IMG/VR virus record: IMGVR_UViG_3300023199_000051
Span: 1 to 64,000 of that record
DNA from: a virus
DNA length: 64,000 nt
Strand: one strand, 5' to 3'
The notes under the pieces were generated by a model. That model worked only from the letters and a program-made list of their open reading frames with translations. It ran no database searches and was not told the origin of the DNA. Within the stretch, counting starts at the first letter, position 1; each line of letters starts with the position of its first letter. A program made the position numbers and the translations under genes. Below, in pieces: positions 9,228 to 17,767 of the stretch.

Positions 9228-9609
9228 TGTAGAGTTTCCCGTTGGTGTTGAGGAAGATGAGACGGCCACTTGGGACGTGCGCCGTGACGAGAGCCTGCAG
9301 GCGGGCAGGCTCGTTCTCGCTGATGGCCTCCCAGACTGCGCCTAGCACTGCACGGAAGGTCGCCACGCTGCGCTCGTCGCGATCGATGTTGTCTGCCAGC
9401 GCCAGGCAGCCGTGCCGATGCACTGTGTTGTCAGCGGCGAGTACGAGAGCGTCACGACGATACCCGTCGAAGTCCCAAGCCCTTGGAGTGAACCCGTCGT
9501 GGAATGCCGTCGGAGTGCACGGGCCATCAAGCATCGTTGAGTCCTCACCAGGCTCAAGCAGGATGTGAGTAGGTGTCGTCTTGCTGTTCATTGGCTGAGT
9601 CTCGCTCAT
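9220..9609 (-). CDS. Hypothetical protein
   Basis: ATG 9609 with GGAGG RBS, overlapping the upstream stop. Confidence 0.6.
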   Translation of the reverse strand: MSETQPMNSKTTPTHILLEPGEDSTMLDGPCTPTAFHDGFTPRAWDFDGYRRDALVLAADNTVHRHGCLALADNIDRDERSVATFRAVLGAVWEAISENEPARLQALVTAHVPSGRLIFLNTNGKLYSA

Positions 9610-9947
9610 CGCCAGTCCTCCGGGTCGCTGGTGTCCAACAGGTAGAAGGTGCGGGATGCGCGATCGAAGCCGAAGGCGTCTGCGCCTCCAAGGAAGGAAG
9701 GCACTCCGCTGTCCAAGTGGGGGAAGCCCAGCCACCCACGGCATGGAGCCGCGTCGCTGAGAGCGTCGACGGTGCGGGCCAGCAGCTCTCCAGTGTCGCG
9801 CATGTGAGAGGTGAAGGTGGCAGGGATGCCTTCGAGGGGCAGTACACGGCCGCGCTGCTTCAGGCGGTCGAGACCGTCTTCGTCGAGACTGACAAAGTCG
9901 CGGACGTCGGGGAAGGCAGGGAGCCCACTGGTTGAGTTCTCGGACAT
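9606..9947 (-). CDS. Hypothetical protein
   Basis: ORF in a coupled run, with RBS. Confidence 0.6.
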   Translation of the reverse strand: MSENSTSGLPAFPDVRDFVSLDEDGLDRLKQRGRVLPLEGIPATFTSHMRDTGELLARTVDALSDAAPCRGWLGFPHLDSGVPSFLGGADAFGFDRASRTFYLLDTSDPEDWR

Positions 9948-9977
9948 GGTCGCAGTCTCCGAGGGGGTGTTGGTGGT

Positions 9978-10451
9978 TCAGTCTTGGCGGGGGGTATCAG
10001 TCTGGTGGTTGTCAGCGGCGGCTCGTTCGTCGGTGTCAGAGGTGTAGCAGCCGTCGGGGCCTACAGCGGCCTGCTGGTGTGCCTCACCGGCCTCGATATG
10101 AGCCGCAACGCTGCGGAGCTGGCTTTGGAGCTGCTCGAACAATTCGGGGTCATCCTGTTCCAACTGCTGGATGTAGCTCTTGAGAGCGTTGAAGGCCGCT
10201 GTGCGGCCTGCTTCTCCCTGCTCGGCGATGGCTGCCAAGGGGCGGAGCATGGGGCCCGCGAGCTGCCAGATGCTTCCGCTTTCGGCAGTGCGTTCCTCGC
10301 GCTTCTTTGTCAGCAGGGGCCGCAAGTCCGGGGGGGCCAGCTTGATGATCAGATCAAGGACCATGCTGGCGAACACGGCCAGGCTCTCTTCGGCTGGCGT
10401 GGCTGGCGGTAAAATTGGGGGAGAAGGTGCCTTTTTGCTGGTCTCGGGCAT
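9978..10451 (-). CDS. Hypothetical helical protein
   Basis: ATG 10451 after GGAGG. Confidence 0.6.
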   Translation of the reverse strand: MPETSKKAPSPPILPPATPAEESLAVFASMVLDLIIKLAPPDLRPLLTKKREERTAESGSIWQLAGPMLRPLAAIAEQGEAGRTAAFNALKSYIQQLEQDDPELFEQLQSQLRSVAAHIEAGEAHQQAAVGPDGCYTSDTDERAAADNHQTDTPRQD

Positions 10452-10456
10452 GGGAT

Positions 10457-10930
10457 TCAGCCCTCCGGGATACGGGTGCTCAGCGTGATGGTTGTAGCGG
10501 CACGCCACTTCCACTGCACATCGAACGGCAACTCGGACCACAATGGACACGGCTCGCCTTGGTAGTTGAGGCCCTTGCGCAGACCGGCCCGGTTGTAGGC
10601 GCAGTACAGCTCCTCGGCGAGCGAGGCGTGCTCACTCGGGAAGCAGCAAGGAGGGAGGAAGTCGGGGCCCAGCTCCAGGAGGAGGTCAACCCTGTTCTCC
10701 AGCCCCCACGCAGACAGGGTCTCTCCGGCGGTGTGAACCTGCGCATTGAACCGAGGCGGGGTGGAGTCGCCCAAGGTGCGGTGAACGACCCCTCCTTCAA
10801 TGAGGGCGAACAGCGTCCACTGGTGGCCATTCTGGAGCTGCCGTACAGCTTCACGCCAGGTCTCGACGTCGGTGACAACACCGCGCCACCCATTGGTGTC
10901 GAGGTGGAAGGTAGGCCAGGGCTGCATCAC
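10457..10930 (-). CDS. Hypothetical protein
   Basis: Coupled ORF with GC3-biased codons. Confidence 0.6.
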   Translation of the reverse strand: MMQPWPTFHLDTNGWRGVVTDVETWREAVRQLQNGHQWTLFALIEGGVVHRTLGDSTPPRFNAQVHTAGETLSAWGLENRVDLLLELGPDFLPPCCFPSEHASLAEELYCAYNRAGLRKGLNYQGEPCPLWSELPFDVQWKWRAATTITLSTRIPEG

Positions 10931-11271
10931 TCACCCCCACCTGGAAGCATGGGGAGGAGGAGGGGAATGGCGGGGGCCACTGCAGCCTCCGTCGCTTCCG
11001 GGTTGGTCTTGATGGCATCGACGACACCTGCAACAGCGTCTCGTACCTCGTCGGAGATGGAGAGCTGCTGGTAGGCCGTGAACCACGAGATGATGGCCTG
11101 CGACAGCTCGACCTGCCCGGACTGGACCTGGGTGATCAAGGGGCGCAGCTTCATCAAGTGGTCGACGAGCAGCGCGCCAGAAGCTGGGTGGTTGCCGATA
11201 GCTACGGAGAGGCGATCAGCCGCCTCTTTCTGTGGTCCTTCGGGCAGAAGGCGCAGGAGCATGGCGATCAT
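10927..11271 (-). CDS. Hypothetical helical protein
   Basis: Coupled ORF. Confidence 0.6.
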   Translation of the reverse strand: MIAMLLRLLPEGPQKEAADRLSVAIGNHPASGALLVDHLMKLRPLITQVQSGQVELSQAIISWFTAYQQLSISDEVRDAVAGVVDAIKTNPEATEAAVAPAIPLLLPMLPGGGE

Positions 11272-11672
11272 GGCACCGCTCCCTGTTCGCTAGCGTGGTC
11301 CTCTTCGGCGTCATCGAGGCGCGGGAAGGGGCCGCTGCCGCTGGGCGTGTACCATGCGTCGTTGCGCCAGGTGTAGCCGGCTTCCTTGGCATCTTCGACA
11401 CGCTGTCGGAAGGCCTCTCGGTCTTCGGGGCTCGGCTCTGGGGGAAGGGGCTCGGTGTGCGGGGCAGCGGTTTGGGCTTCACCTTTGCGGGCCTCGCCTT
11501 CGAGGACGTCGAGCCCTTTCTGCACAGCGACACGGAGCACGAGGGCGCGGGAGATGCCGCTGCGGCCAGCGATGGCCTCGGCGTAGGGAAGCGCCTCGAA
11601 GTACGTGATGAGGTTGTCTGCGCGCTGCACCTCAGCATCATCCAGTCGTATACTGGTGACGGTCTTGGCCAC
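11268..11672 (-). CDS. CopG/RHH-like regulator divergent from the recombinase
   Basis: MAKTVTSIRLDDAEVQRAD...ISRALVLRVAVQKGL; GGAGG RBS. Confidence 0.65.
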   Translation of the reverse strand: MAKTVTSIRLDDAEVQRADNLITYFEALPYAEAIAGRSGISRALVLRVAVQKGLDVLEGEARKGEAQTAAPHTEPLPPEPSPEDREAFRQRVEDAKEAGYTWRNDAWYTPSGSGPFPRLDDAEEDHASEQGAVP

Positions 11673-11744
11673 TACGGCCTCCTTGCGAGTGTGGTTGATG
11701 TGAGGCTGACACTACTGCGGTTACACCCGTGTGTCAACGTACAT

Positions 11745-11880
11745 GATCGTGTACGGACGTGATCTCGACGAAAATCAAACCCGTGATAATTTTCCGGCGG
11801 GTATACTGACCCGTGATATTGTATCGCAATCACGGGTTGGCTCCGAGCGGGTCGATTTTGTGGTTACGATCGTGTACGTA
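11745..11880. promoter_or_regulatory. Repeat-rich AT-richer site between the RHH gene and the recombinase (candidate recombination/operator site)
   Basis: ACCCGTGAT at 11779-11787 and 11809-11817; inverted ATCACGGGT at 11829-11837; GATCGTGTAC at both ends. Confidence 0.6.
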
Positions 11881-11904
11881 CACACACAGTGAGGTGGTGA
11901 CTAG

Positions 11905-12897
11905 ATGACGAAGCAAGACGATGGTAGGCAGCTGCTCACTCGACACCGCCCTGCGGGCCTGGCAACGTACAAGGAGGTCCAGGAGGACCTGGAAGGGTAC
12001 GAGCAGGCTGCCCTGGCCCCGAACACGCGCAGGATGTACACCAGCGCCCTGCGCCGCTTCAAGGCCTGGTGCACGTCCCAGGGCATCGAGTGGCTACCCG
12101 CTGCACCTCGAACGGTGGCCTCCTACCTCAGCGCCCGCGCGCGCGAGGGTAGGAAGGCCGGGACCATCAACATGGACCGCCAGGCCATCCGCCACGCCCA
12201 CGACAGCCGGGGCTACCCGAGCCCGACCACCCACCCTGCAGTGCAGCGGGTTGTGAGGGGGCTGCACCGCACAAAGGGCACCCGGCGCGACAAGTCTGCC
12301 GCTGTGCGCGTCTCCGAGCTGCGTCAGGCGCTCGACGCGCTCCCCGTCACCGACCTTCGAGCCGTCCGCAACCGAGCACTACTGGCTGTCGGCTTCGCGG
12401 GTGCTTTCCGCCGCTCCGAGCTGGTGGGCATCCACCACGAGCACCTGGCCTTCAAGCACGGCGGCTGCGCTGTGTTCCTCCCCAGCTCGAAGACTGACCA
12501 GGAACGCAAGGGAAGCACCGTCTCTCTGCACCGGACCACGGATCGCCGCTACTGCCCCGTCTCGTTGCTTCGGGACTGGCTGCTCCAGAGCGGTATCGAA
12601 GCGGGGCCTGTCTTCCGGGGCGTCGGGCGGTACGGGGGCCTGCGAGAAGCAGCACTGCACCCTGACACGGTCAACGAGCTGGTGAAGAAGCACCTTGCCC
12701 CCTTCTGCGAGGACCCCAGCAGCGTGACCGCGCACTCCCTCCGTGCAGGCTTCATCACAGAGGCCGTGGCCAAGGGAGTCCCCGAGCACATCGTGCAGGA
12801 CCACTCCCGCCACAAGAGCCGTGCTGCCATGCACGGCTACATCCGCGACGCCCGCGAGTTCCGGCCCGACACGCTTGGCCGCGTGCTCGACGACTAG
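11905..12897 (+). CDS. Tyrosine recombinase, Cre-like subfamily
   Basis: N-terminal SAM-like domain; RNRALL..GFAGAFRRSEL, SKTDQ, HSLRAGF, SRHKS, GY give the R-K-H-R-H-Y catalytic set. Confidence 0.92.
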   Translation: MTKQDDGRQLLTRHRPAGLATYKEVQEDLEGYEQAALAPNTRRMYTSALRRFKAWCTSQGIEWLPAAPRTVASYLSARAREGRKAGTINMDRQAIRHAHDSRGYPSPTTHPAVQRVVRGLHRTKGTRRDKSAAVRVSELRQALDALPVTDLRAVRNRALLAVGFAGAFRRSELVGIHHEHLAFKHGGCAVFLPSSKTDQERKGSTVSLHRTTDRRYCPVSLLRDWLLQSGIEAGPVFRGVGRYGGLREAALHPDTVNELVKKHLAPFCEDPSSVTAHSLRAGFITEAVAKGVPEHIVQDHSRHKSRAAMHGYIRDAREFRPDTLGRVLDD

Positions 12898-12923
12898 CGC
12901 TGGGAGCCGCCGATCCCGTAGCG

Positions 12924-13271
12924 CTATGGGCCGTCAATCCCGAACATGCTGCGGAGGTGGGGCAGAACGCGGCGGAGGTCTTCTGCAGCTGCAGCCCCGT
13001 CCGCTTCGATGGCCGCGACCAGGCTTGAAGGTGCGCTCTTCGCACCCGCGGACACATCTCTCCCCTCCTGGTAGTCCCTCAACCACTGCTTGGCAGCACC
13101 CACCAACGTCCGATCTCCAGCTGCTACATCCTCCACGAGTGCTTCGAGCTGCGCGAGGTGTGCTCCGAGAGCCTTCTCGGATAGCTCGTTTCCGCTGATC
13201 TCGGCAGAGAGGACCTGTGCCGCTTCTCTCGCGGTACTGTTCCGCAGCACGTTGGCAGCCAAGTTGATCAT
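12924..13271 (-). CDS. Hypothetical helical protein
   Basis: ORF downstream of the spike gene. Confidence 0.55.
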   Translation of the reverse strand: MINLAANVLRNSTAREAAQVLSAEISGNELSEKALGAHLAQLEALVEDVAAGDRTLVGAAKQWLRDYQEGRDVSAGAKSAPSSLVAAIEADGAAAAEDLRRVLPHLRSMFGIDGP

Positions 13272-13296
13272 AGGTTCTCTGTGGGGGGGTACCTGA

Positions 13297-14799
13297 CTAG
13301 CTCTTGTTAGCGCTTAATGTTGTCGCGATACCGTTGTCCAGTAGATTGATCCCGGTATTACCTCGCGTGTTGTTGAGACCTACGATGGTCTGGCTCGCCG
13401 TGGCTGTGATCTCGATGCCGTTCGAGACGTTCGCTCGGACCCGGTTGGCGTTCAGTACGTTCTCGTCGCCGGACACGAGAACCCCCACGCCTCCATTCTG
13501 CCGGACGGCGTTGTTCCCGATCATGTTGCTGTTCGAGGCCAGCTCGATACCGCCTGATCCGTTGTTCCCGACAATGTTTCCAGTGATCGTGTGCTCGCCG
13601 CCACCAGCGGGCGCACGCAGTCCCCACACGCTGTTGAAGCCAAAGTGATTGCCGACAACGGTGGCAAGGACGCTGCCAGCTACGATGTTGAGCCCGGCAC
13701 CTCCATTGAGCTTGGAGTGGCACCCATCAACGCTCGCGTTCACGCCAGCAATCTGCACACCGTGTGACGCGTTGGCGCAGAAGCAGCACCCCGCAAACTG
13801 CACACGGAACGATGTCGCGGCGGTGGTTGCTCCTATTCCAGCACCCTGTGCGATAGTCGAGCTGCTGACGCGGATGTCCTCTGAGGTGTCCTCGACCGTG
13901 ATGCCGGTGCCGTCGCACTGCAGGATCTGGCATGCTGTGATGTTGATGATCTGACTGGCGCCGCGCACGCGGATGCCGATGCCGCCTTGGGCCTCGACAA
14001 CGCTGCCGCTGATTGTGACCGCACTGGAGTCTACGAAGTGCAGGCCACATCCAGTGCCATCTTCAACCCGCACGTTGTCGATGGATACTGCACCGGACTT
14101 CTCAATGAGAATGCTCGGAGTTCCCGGAGCAATCGTGCCCGCTGTGACAGTGACGTCCTCGACTCGTCCATGAAGAGCTTGAAGGAACAGGAGGGCGGTG
14201 TCCGAGGGGCTCACGAGGGTCACGCTGCGCACGTAGACGCGATCGAGCATCGACTGGCCAACGAATGCTGCTCCAGTTGCTCCCCGACCTCGGAAATCGT
14301 GGTGGATGCGGAGGTTCAGGTTGTCCGTGATCTCGACGATCTCGTGGTAGATGCCTCCCAGCGAGATCCAGTCTCCGACCTGCAGCGTCGTGAAGCTGGT
14401 GCCGACCCCTACCACTGCGTCTGAGCCGTTGGCGTAGGTGACTGTGCCGGCTGTGATCCGGCGTCCGGAGCCATCAGCCCGGATTGTAGCTCCGCCCGTC
14501 AGGGTAATGCGGACGCCGCCCTCAGCTTCACCTTCGAGCAGGCCGCCAGCCGGAAGGTCGACATCGGAGGAGACAACGTAGGAGCCCGAACGCACAAAGA
14601 CGGAGGTCGCGCCGCTCGCGAAAGCCTCTCCGATGCCTGGGAAGTCCCCCGAGCCGTCCGCGGCGACCACTGCGTCGTACAGAGGTGGCGATGTCTCGAC
14701 CGCGGCTGGGATCCTTCCTGGCCCCCGCCCAGTCGGGAGGTCTTGGATGCCGTGGTTGTGCGGGGCTGGCAGGTCGTTCGCTATCGTGCAGCCTTGCAA
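13297..14799 (-). CDS. Right-handed beta-helix (pectin-lyase-like) spike/depolymerase
   Basis: VVAADGSGDF..I..A N-cap, many I(T/S)GN..xxN rungs; start uncertain (TTG 14799 or ATA 14784). Confidence 0.8.
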   Translation of the reverse strand: MQGCTIANDLPAPHNHGIQDLPTGRGPGRIPAAVETSPPLYDAVVAADGSGDFPGIGEAFASGATSVFVRSGSYVVSSDVDLPAGGLLEGEAEGGVRITLTGGATIRADGSGRRITAGTVTYANGSDAVVGVGTSFTTLQVGDWISLGGIYHEIVEITDNLNLRIHHDFRGRGATGAAFVGQSMLDRVYVRSVTLVSPSDTALLFLQALHGRVEDVTVTAGTIAPGTPSILIEKSGAVSIDNVRVEDGTGCGLHFVDSSAVTISGSVVEAQGGIGIRVRGASQIINITACQILQCDGTGITVEDTSEDIRVSSSTIAQGAGIGATTAATSFRVQFAGCCFCANASHGVQIAGVNASVDGCHSKLNGGAGLNIVAGSVLATVVGNHFGFNSVWGLRAPAGGGEHTITGNIVGNNGSGGIELASNSNMIGNNAVRQNGGVGVLVSGDENVLNANRVRANVSNGIEITATASQTIVGLNNTRGNTGINLLDNGIATTLSANKS

Positions 14800-14885
14800 G
14801 AGAAAGGTAGGGACGGTTGAGAATCTGCAGCGCCCTAACCTACCTCAGCCCGGAAGGTGCTGACTATGAACTGAAACAATACACG

Positions 14886-14959
14886 AAAACACAGTTAGAA
14901 CCTGCATTTTCAGTAGATGTTAGCCAACTGTGCCACGACAGGCTACATTACTAGTGTCT
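14886..14959 (+). repeat. 74-bp promoter-containing repeat, copy 1
   Basis: Matches 17026-17099 with 4 mismatches; contains TAGCCA-N17-TACATT. Confidence 0.9.
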
Positions 14960-15006
14960 GACGGGGAACCTGTCACCACCCTCCTCGCCACACAGGAGCT
15001 TCCACC

Positions 15007-15417
15007 ATGTTCGGACCCTATGACGACAGCACGCCCTGGACACCCTCGGACCTGGAGGACGACACCGGCGACTACAGCCTGTGCGTCGACACGGCCGGCT
15101 CGACTGACGGGCCATTTCCAGAGCCCGCCGAGGACTGCTACATCGTCGGCATCAACGGTCCCTACGGATACGAGCTGGTTCTCGTGTCCAGTCGCTACGT
15201 CGGCGCCGTCGACGCGGCCGACGCGGCTACGACCGCTGTCGATGCCTACCACGAGCGCAAGGGCCACGAAGTGCCCTGGACGGGCGCCTTCGGGGGTCCC
15301 ACCTACAACGTCGACGTCTGGCCGGCGACCGATCCCGACGACAGCAACAAGGTGACGCTCACCGTCGCCATGGACACCGACACCGGTGATTGGGAGGTGG
15401 CCAGTGCCGAGCGCTGA
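15007..15417 (+). CDS. Acidic hypothetical protein, first gene after a promoter
   Basis: AGGAG RBS; ORF. Confidence 0.7.
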   Translation: MFGPYDDSTPWTPSDLEDDTGDYSLCVDTAGSTDGPFPEPAEDCYIVGINGPYGYELVLVSSRYVGAVDAADAATTAVDAYHERKGHEVPWTGAFGGPTYNVDVWPATDPDDSNKVTLTVAMDTDTGDWEVASAER

Positions 15418-15679
15418 TTCTCCCTGGTGGTCGGGCCTCTCTCTGGCCGAGCGCGAAGAAGCCTTCGAGGACGCGCTCGTGTCCTGGCACGAGTGCTACG
15501 CCGAAGCCGGGTCCTCCTGGGTCTGCGGTGGCGGCAACCCGCATGACGCCTACCTCGCGGCCTCCAGGGGTGCAGGTAGCAAGCCGAAGCGCGCTGACTA
15601 CGGACTGCCCCCCGTCGAGTACGCAGCACCTCCCACACCCCCTTCGCCCGTCTCCACCGACGACGAGATCCCCTTCTAG
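15404..15679 (+). CDS. Small protein ending in DDEIPF
   Basis: GGAGG then GTG 15404; acidic-PF C-terminus. Confidence 0.6.
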   Translation: MPSADSPWWSGLSLAEREEAFEDALVSWHECYAEAGSSWVCGGGNPHDAYLAASRGAGSKPKRADYGLPPVEYAAPPTPPSPVSTDDEIPF

Positions 15680-15688
15680 GACACCGCG

Positions 15689-16087
15689 ATGACCACGGAC
15701 GCAAAGGTCGAAACCTGGCAAGACGCGCCTCCCATCCGTCCCCTCGCAGGGAGTGTACCGGTGGTGCTTCCTGAGACTGGTCAGCGCGGCATCGTCACAG
15801 AAGCGATACGCAATGACCAAGGCGACGTCGACGCTGTGTCAATTTGCTGGTCGTCCGGTGTGCAGATGCTCTGCTACCTTGACGAGGCTCCATGGGCAGA
15901 CGGGCTGCACGTCGATCTCGACCGTTCACAGGGCTTCGCCTACGCACTGCAGCTGTGGCAGTCCACGGTTGACTGGAGCCTGATGTACAACCAGCCGGCT
16001 GATCTCATTGAGCGTCACCTCCGGGGCACGACCACTGAAGCCGACAAGCGCGCCGTCTACCACGCATACAGGAAAACACGGCAATGA
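15689..16087 (+). CDS. Hypothetical protein
   Basis: ORF in a coupled run. Confidence 0.65.
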   Translation: MTTDAKVETWQDAPPIRPLAGSVPVVLPETGQRGIVTEAIRNDQGDVDAVSICWSSGVQMLCYLDEAPWADGLHVDLDRSQGFAYALQLWQSTVDWSLMYNQPADLIERHLRGTTTEADKRAVYHAYRKTRQ

Positions 16088-16275
16088 CAAGCTCCTTCCC
16101 CTCCTACGCCCCGCAACGACGCTACGCCTACATCGTGTCGGATGCTCCAACGGTGCAGGGCCGCATCATCCATGCCAGTGACAAGGCTGACGCCGAGCAC
16201 CTCGCCGAGCACCTCTTTGGCCGCAACCCTTACCGGCGGGTCCTTCGCGCCCCTTCCTACGACTGGAGACCCTAG
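16084..16275 (+). CDS. Small hypothetical protein
   Basis: ATGA coupling. Confidence 0.5.
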   Translation: MTSSFPSYAPQRRYAYIVSDAPTVQGRIIHASDKADAEHLAEHLFGRNPYRRVLRAPSYDWRP

Positions 16276-16562
16276 TGACCGACACGATCCCACGCCAAAA
16301 GAAGACCTGGTCGAGCCAGCCCGACGATGTCGAGTACGCCAGGGTGGTTTCCACCTTTCGCATCCGCAAGTTTACGGTCGAAGTGCGCCACGAGAAGCCC
16401 GGTACCTACTTGCTGTCTTCGGGCGACCTGTTTGGCTCGCAGACCCTGCGCTGTGAGACGGCCGAAGTGGTGTTCCGTGCGCTGGGGTTGATCAGCACAG
16501 CGGACACCACCAAGGCGGGAGTGAAGCTGCCGCACGGCGCTGCTATTCTGGAGAACGGATGA
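16275..16562 (+). CDS. Hypothetical protein
   Basis: GTG start at the upstream stop. Confidence 0.55.
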   Translation: MTDTIPRQKKTWSSQPDDVEYARVVSTFRIRKFTVEVRHEKPGTYLLSSGDLFGSQTLRCETAEVVFRALGLISTADTTKAGVKLPHGAAILENG

Positions 16563-16993
16563 CGCGTAGATCCTGCATGTCCAACGGTGATGGCGAAGCG
16601 GTCTGCGGCGCCAGGGGGACCGAAACCGCGATGAGCTGGGGCTACGTCGGCTGTCCAGACTGCATCGCACTCCGGCCGCCTGCCGGCCACCTTGTCTCCC
16701 TGGAGGTGTGGTACCCCGACGACGAGGACGGCGAGCAGCGCGCCGAGGAGCTGGAGCAGTGCCTGCACCTCTTCTTCGCCCGGCACTCACCGCCCGCATC
16801 CGCGCAAGTAAAGCTGCGCGTTGGGAGCCCTATCTACAGGAAGAAGCCCGCCCACGATCGCGTGTGCTTGCTCTGGCAGGCCACCTGGACAGCCTGTGGT
16901 CGGGGCGTGCTCTACGCCCTTCCCGACGACGTGACCCGTGATCGTGAAGAGGTGACATGCCCGGCCTGCCGAGTGCGGATGCGCCGTGGCTGA
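16559..16993 (+). CDS. Cys-rich probable zinc-binding protein
   Basis: VCG...VGCPDC and TACG...VTCPAC. Confidence 0.6.
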   Translation: MTRRSCMSNGDGEAVCGARGTETAMSWGYVGCPDCIALRPPAGHLVSLEVWYPDDEDGEQRAEELEQCLHLFFARHSPPASAQVKLRVGSPIYRKKPAHDRVCLLWQATWTACGRGVLYALPDDVTRDREEVTCPACRVRMRRG

Positions 16994-17025
16994 TCTCGAT
17001 CTGGTGTTGTGGGCAGCTCTGCACT

Positions 17026-17099
17026 AAAACACAGTTAGAACCTATATTTTCAGTAGATGTTAGCCGACTGTGCCACGACAGGCTACATTACTGGTGTCT
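17026..17099 (+). repeat. 74-bp promoter-containing repeat, copy 2
   Basis: See 14886-14959; offset 2140 bp. Confidence 0.9.
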
Positions 17100-17146
17100 C
17101 CGGGGATACTTCTTCCACCATCCCCCCGGCGACGAGGACACCCGCC

Positions 17147-17707
17147 ATGGCCCGAATGCACCCGGTCAACCTCGAAAGTTCCCGCACCATCGACCTGCTC
17201 GTCGACGGTCTCAACCCCGGCGAGGCACGACGCCTCGGACATGGCGAGTGGGGTGACGGCGGCACCATGCCGCTCGCCATCGAGCGTCTTGATGAGAACC
17301 GTTTCTCCCTCGCCCACTACGGCAAGCAGAACGGCGACCTCATGGCCGATCCCGACGTCGAGCTGTGGCGCCATCCGAAGACGGGCCGCTACTACCCCGT
17401 CAACATGACGCAGCACTACATCGGGCGCTTCGAGCGTGCGGTCATCGACTGGGAGGACGGCCAGCCGCATCGCTTCCAGCCGCGCACCATGCGGTCAATC
17501 TCCGTGTTCATGCGCACCTGGATGAAGAACGTGCAGCGGCAGCAAGCCGACGGCATCAAGCGCCTGCGGAGCGGCGAGCGCTGGGTGGGACACATGCCCA
17601 AGGTCGAGGAGTCCGAGCCGGAGACGGCCGACACCAGCACCGAGATGGCCGACACCGAGACCGTGCCCAACTACCCGTCCTCCATCCCCACCGCGTGGCT
17701 GCGCTAG
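17147..17707 (+). CDS. DUF6908/DUF1249-like protein
   Basis: FSLAHYGKQNGDLMADPDV...FMRTWMKNV motif recalled from mobile-element proteins; GAGG RBS. Confidence 0.65.
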   Translation: MARMHPVNLESSRTIDLLVDGLNPGEARRLGHGEWGDGGTMPLAIERLDENRFSLAHYGKQNGDLMADPDVELWRHPKTGRYYPVNMTQHYIGRFERAVIDWEDGQPHRFQPRTMRSISVFMRTWMKNVQRQQADGIKRLRSGERWVGHMPKVEESEPETADTSTEMADTETVPNYPSSIPTAWLR

Positions 17708-17767
17708 AAGAGCACCCCCTCTGCACCTGCACTCCTACAGCATCCCTCTTCACACCAGGATCCCCTC

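Noticed and set aside
11268-11672. FEALP as another E-x-L-P site
   Set aside because: Single occurrence inside a small regulator; compatible with chance.
11905-14799. Recombinase-driven fibre inversion (shufflon)
   Set aside because: The shared N-terminal motif has only about 12 bp of DNA identity among genes and I found no repeated crossover sites around the spike gene.
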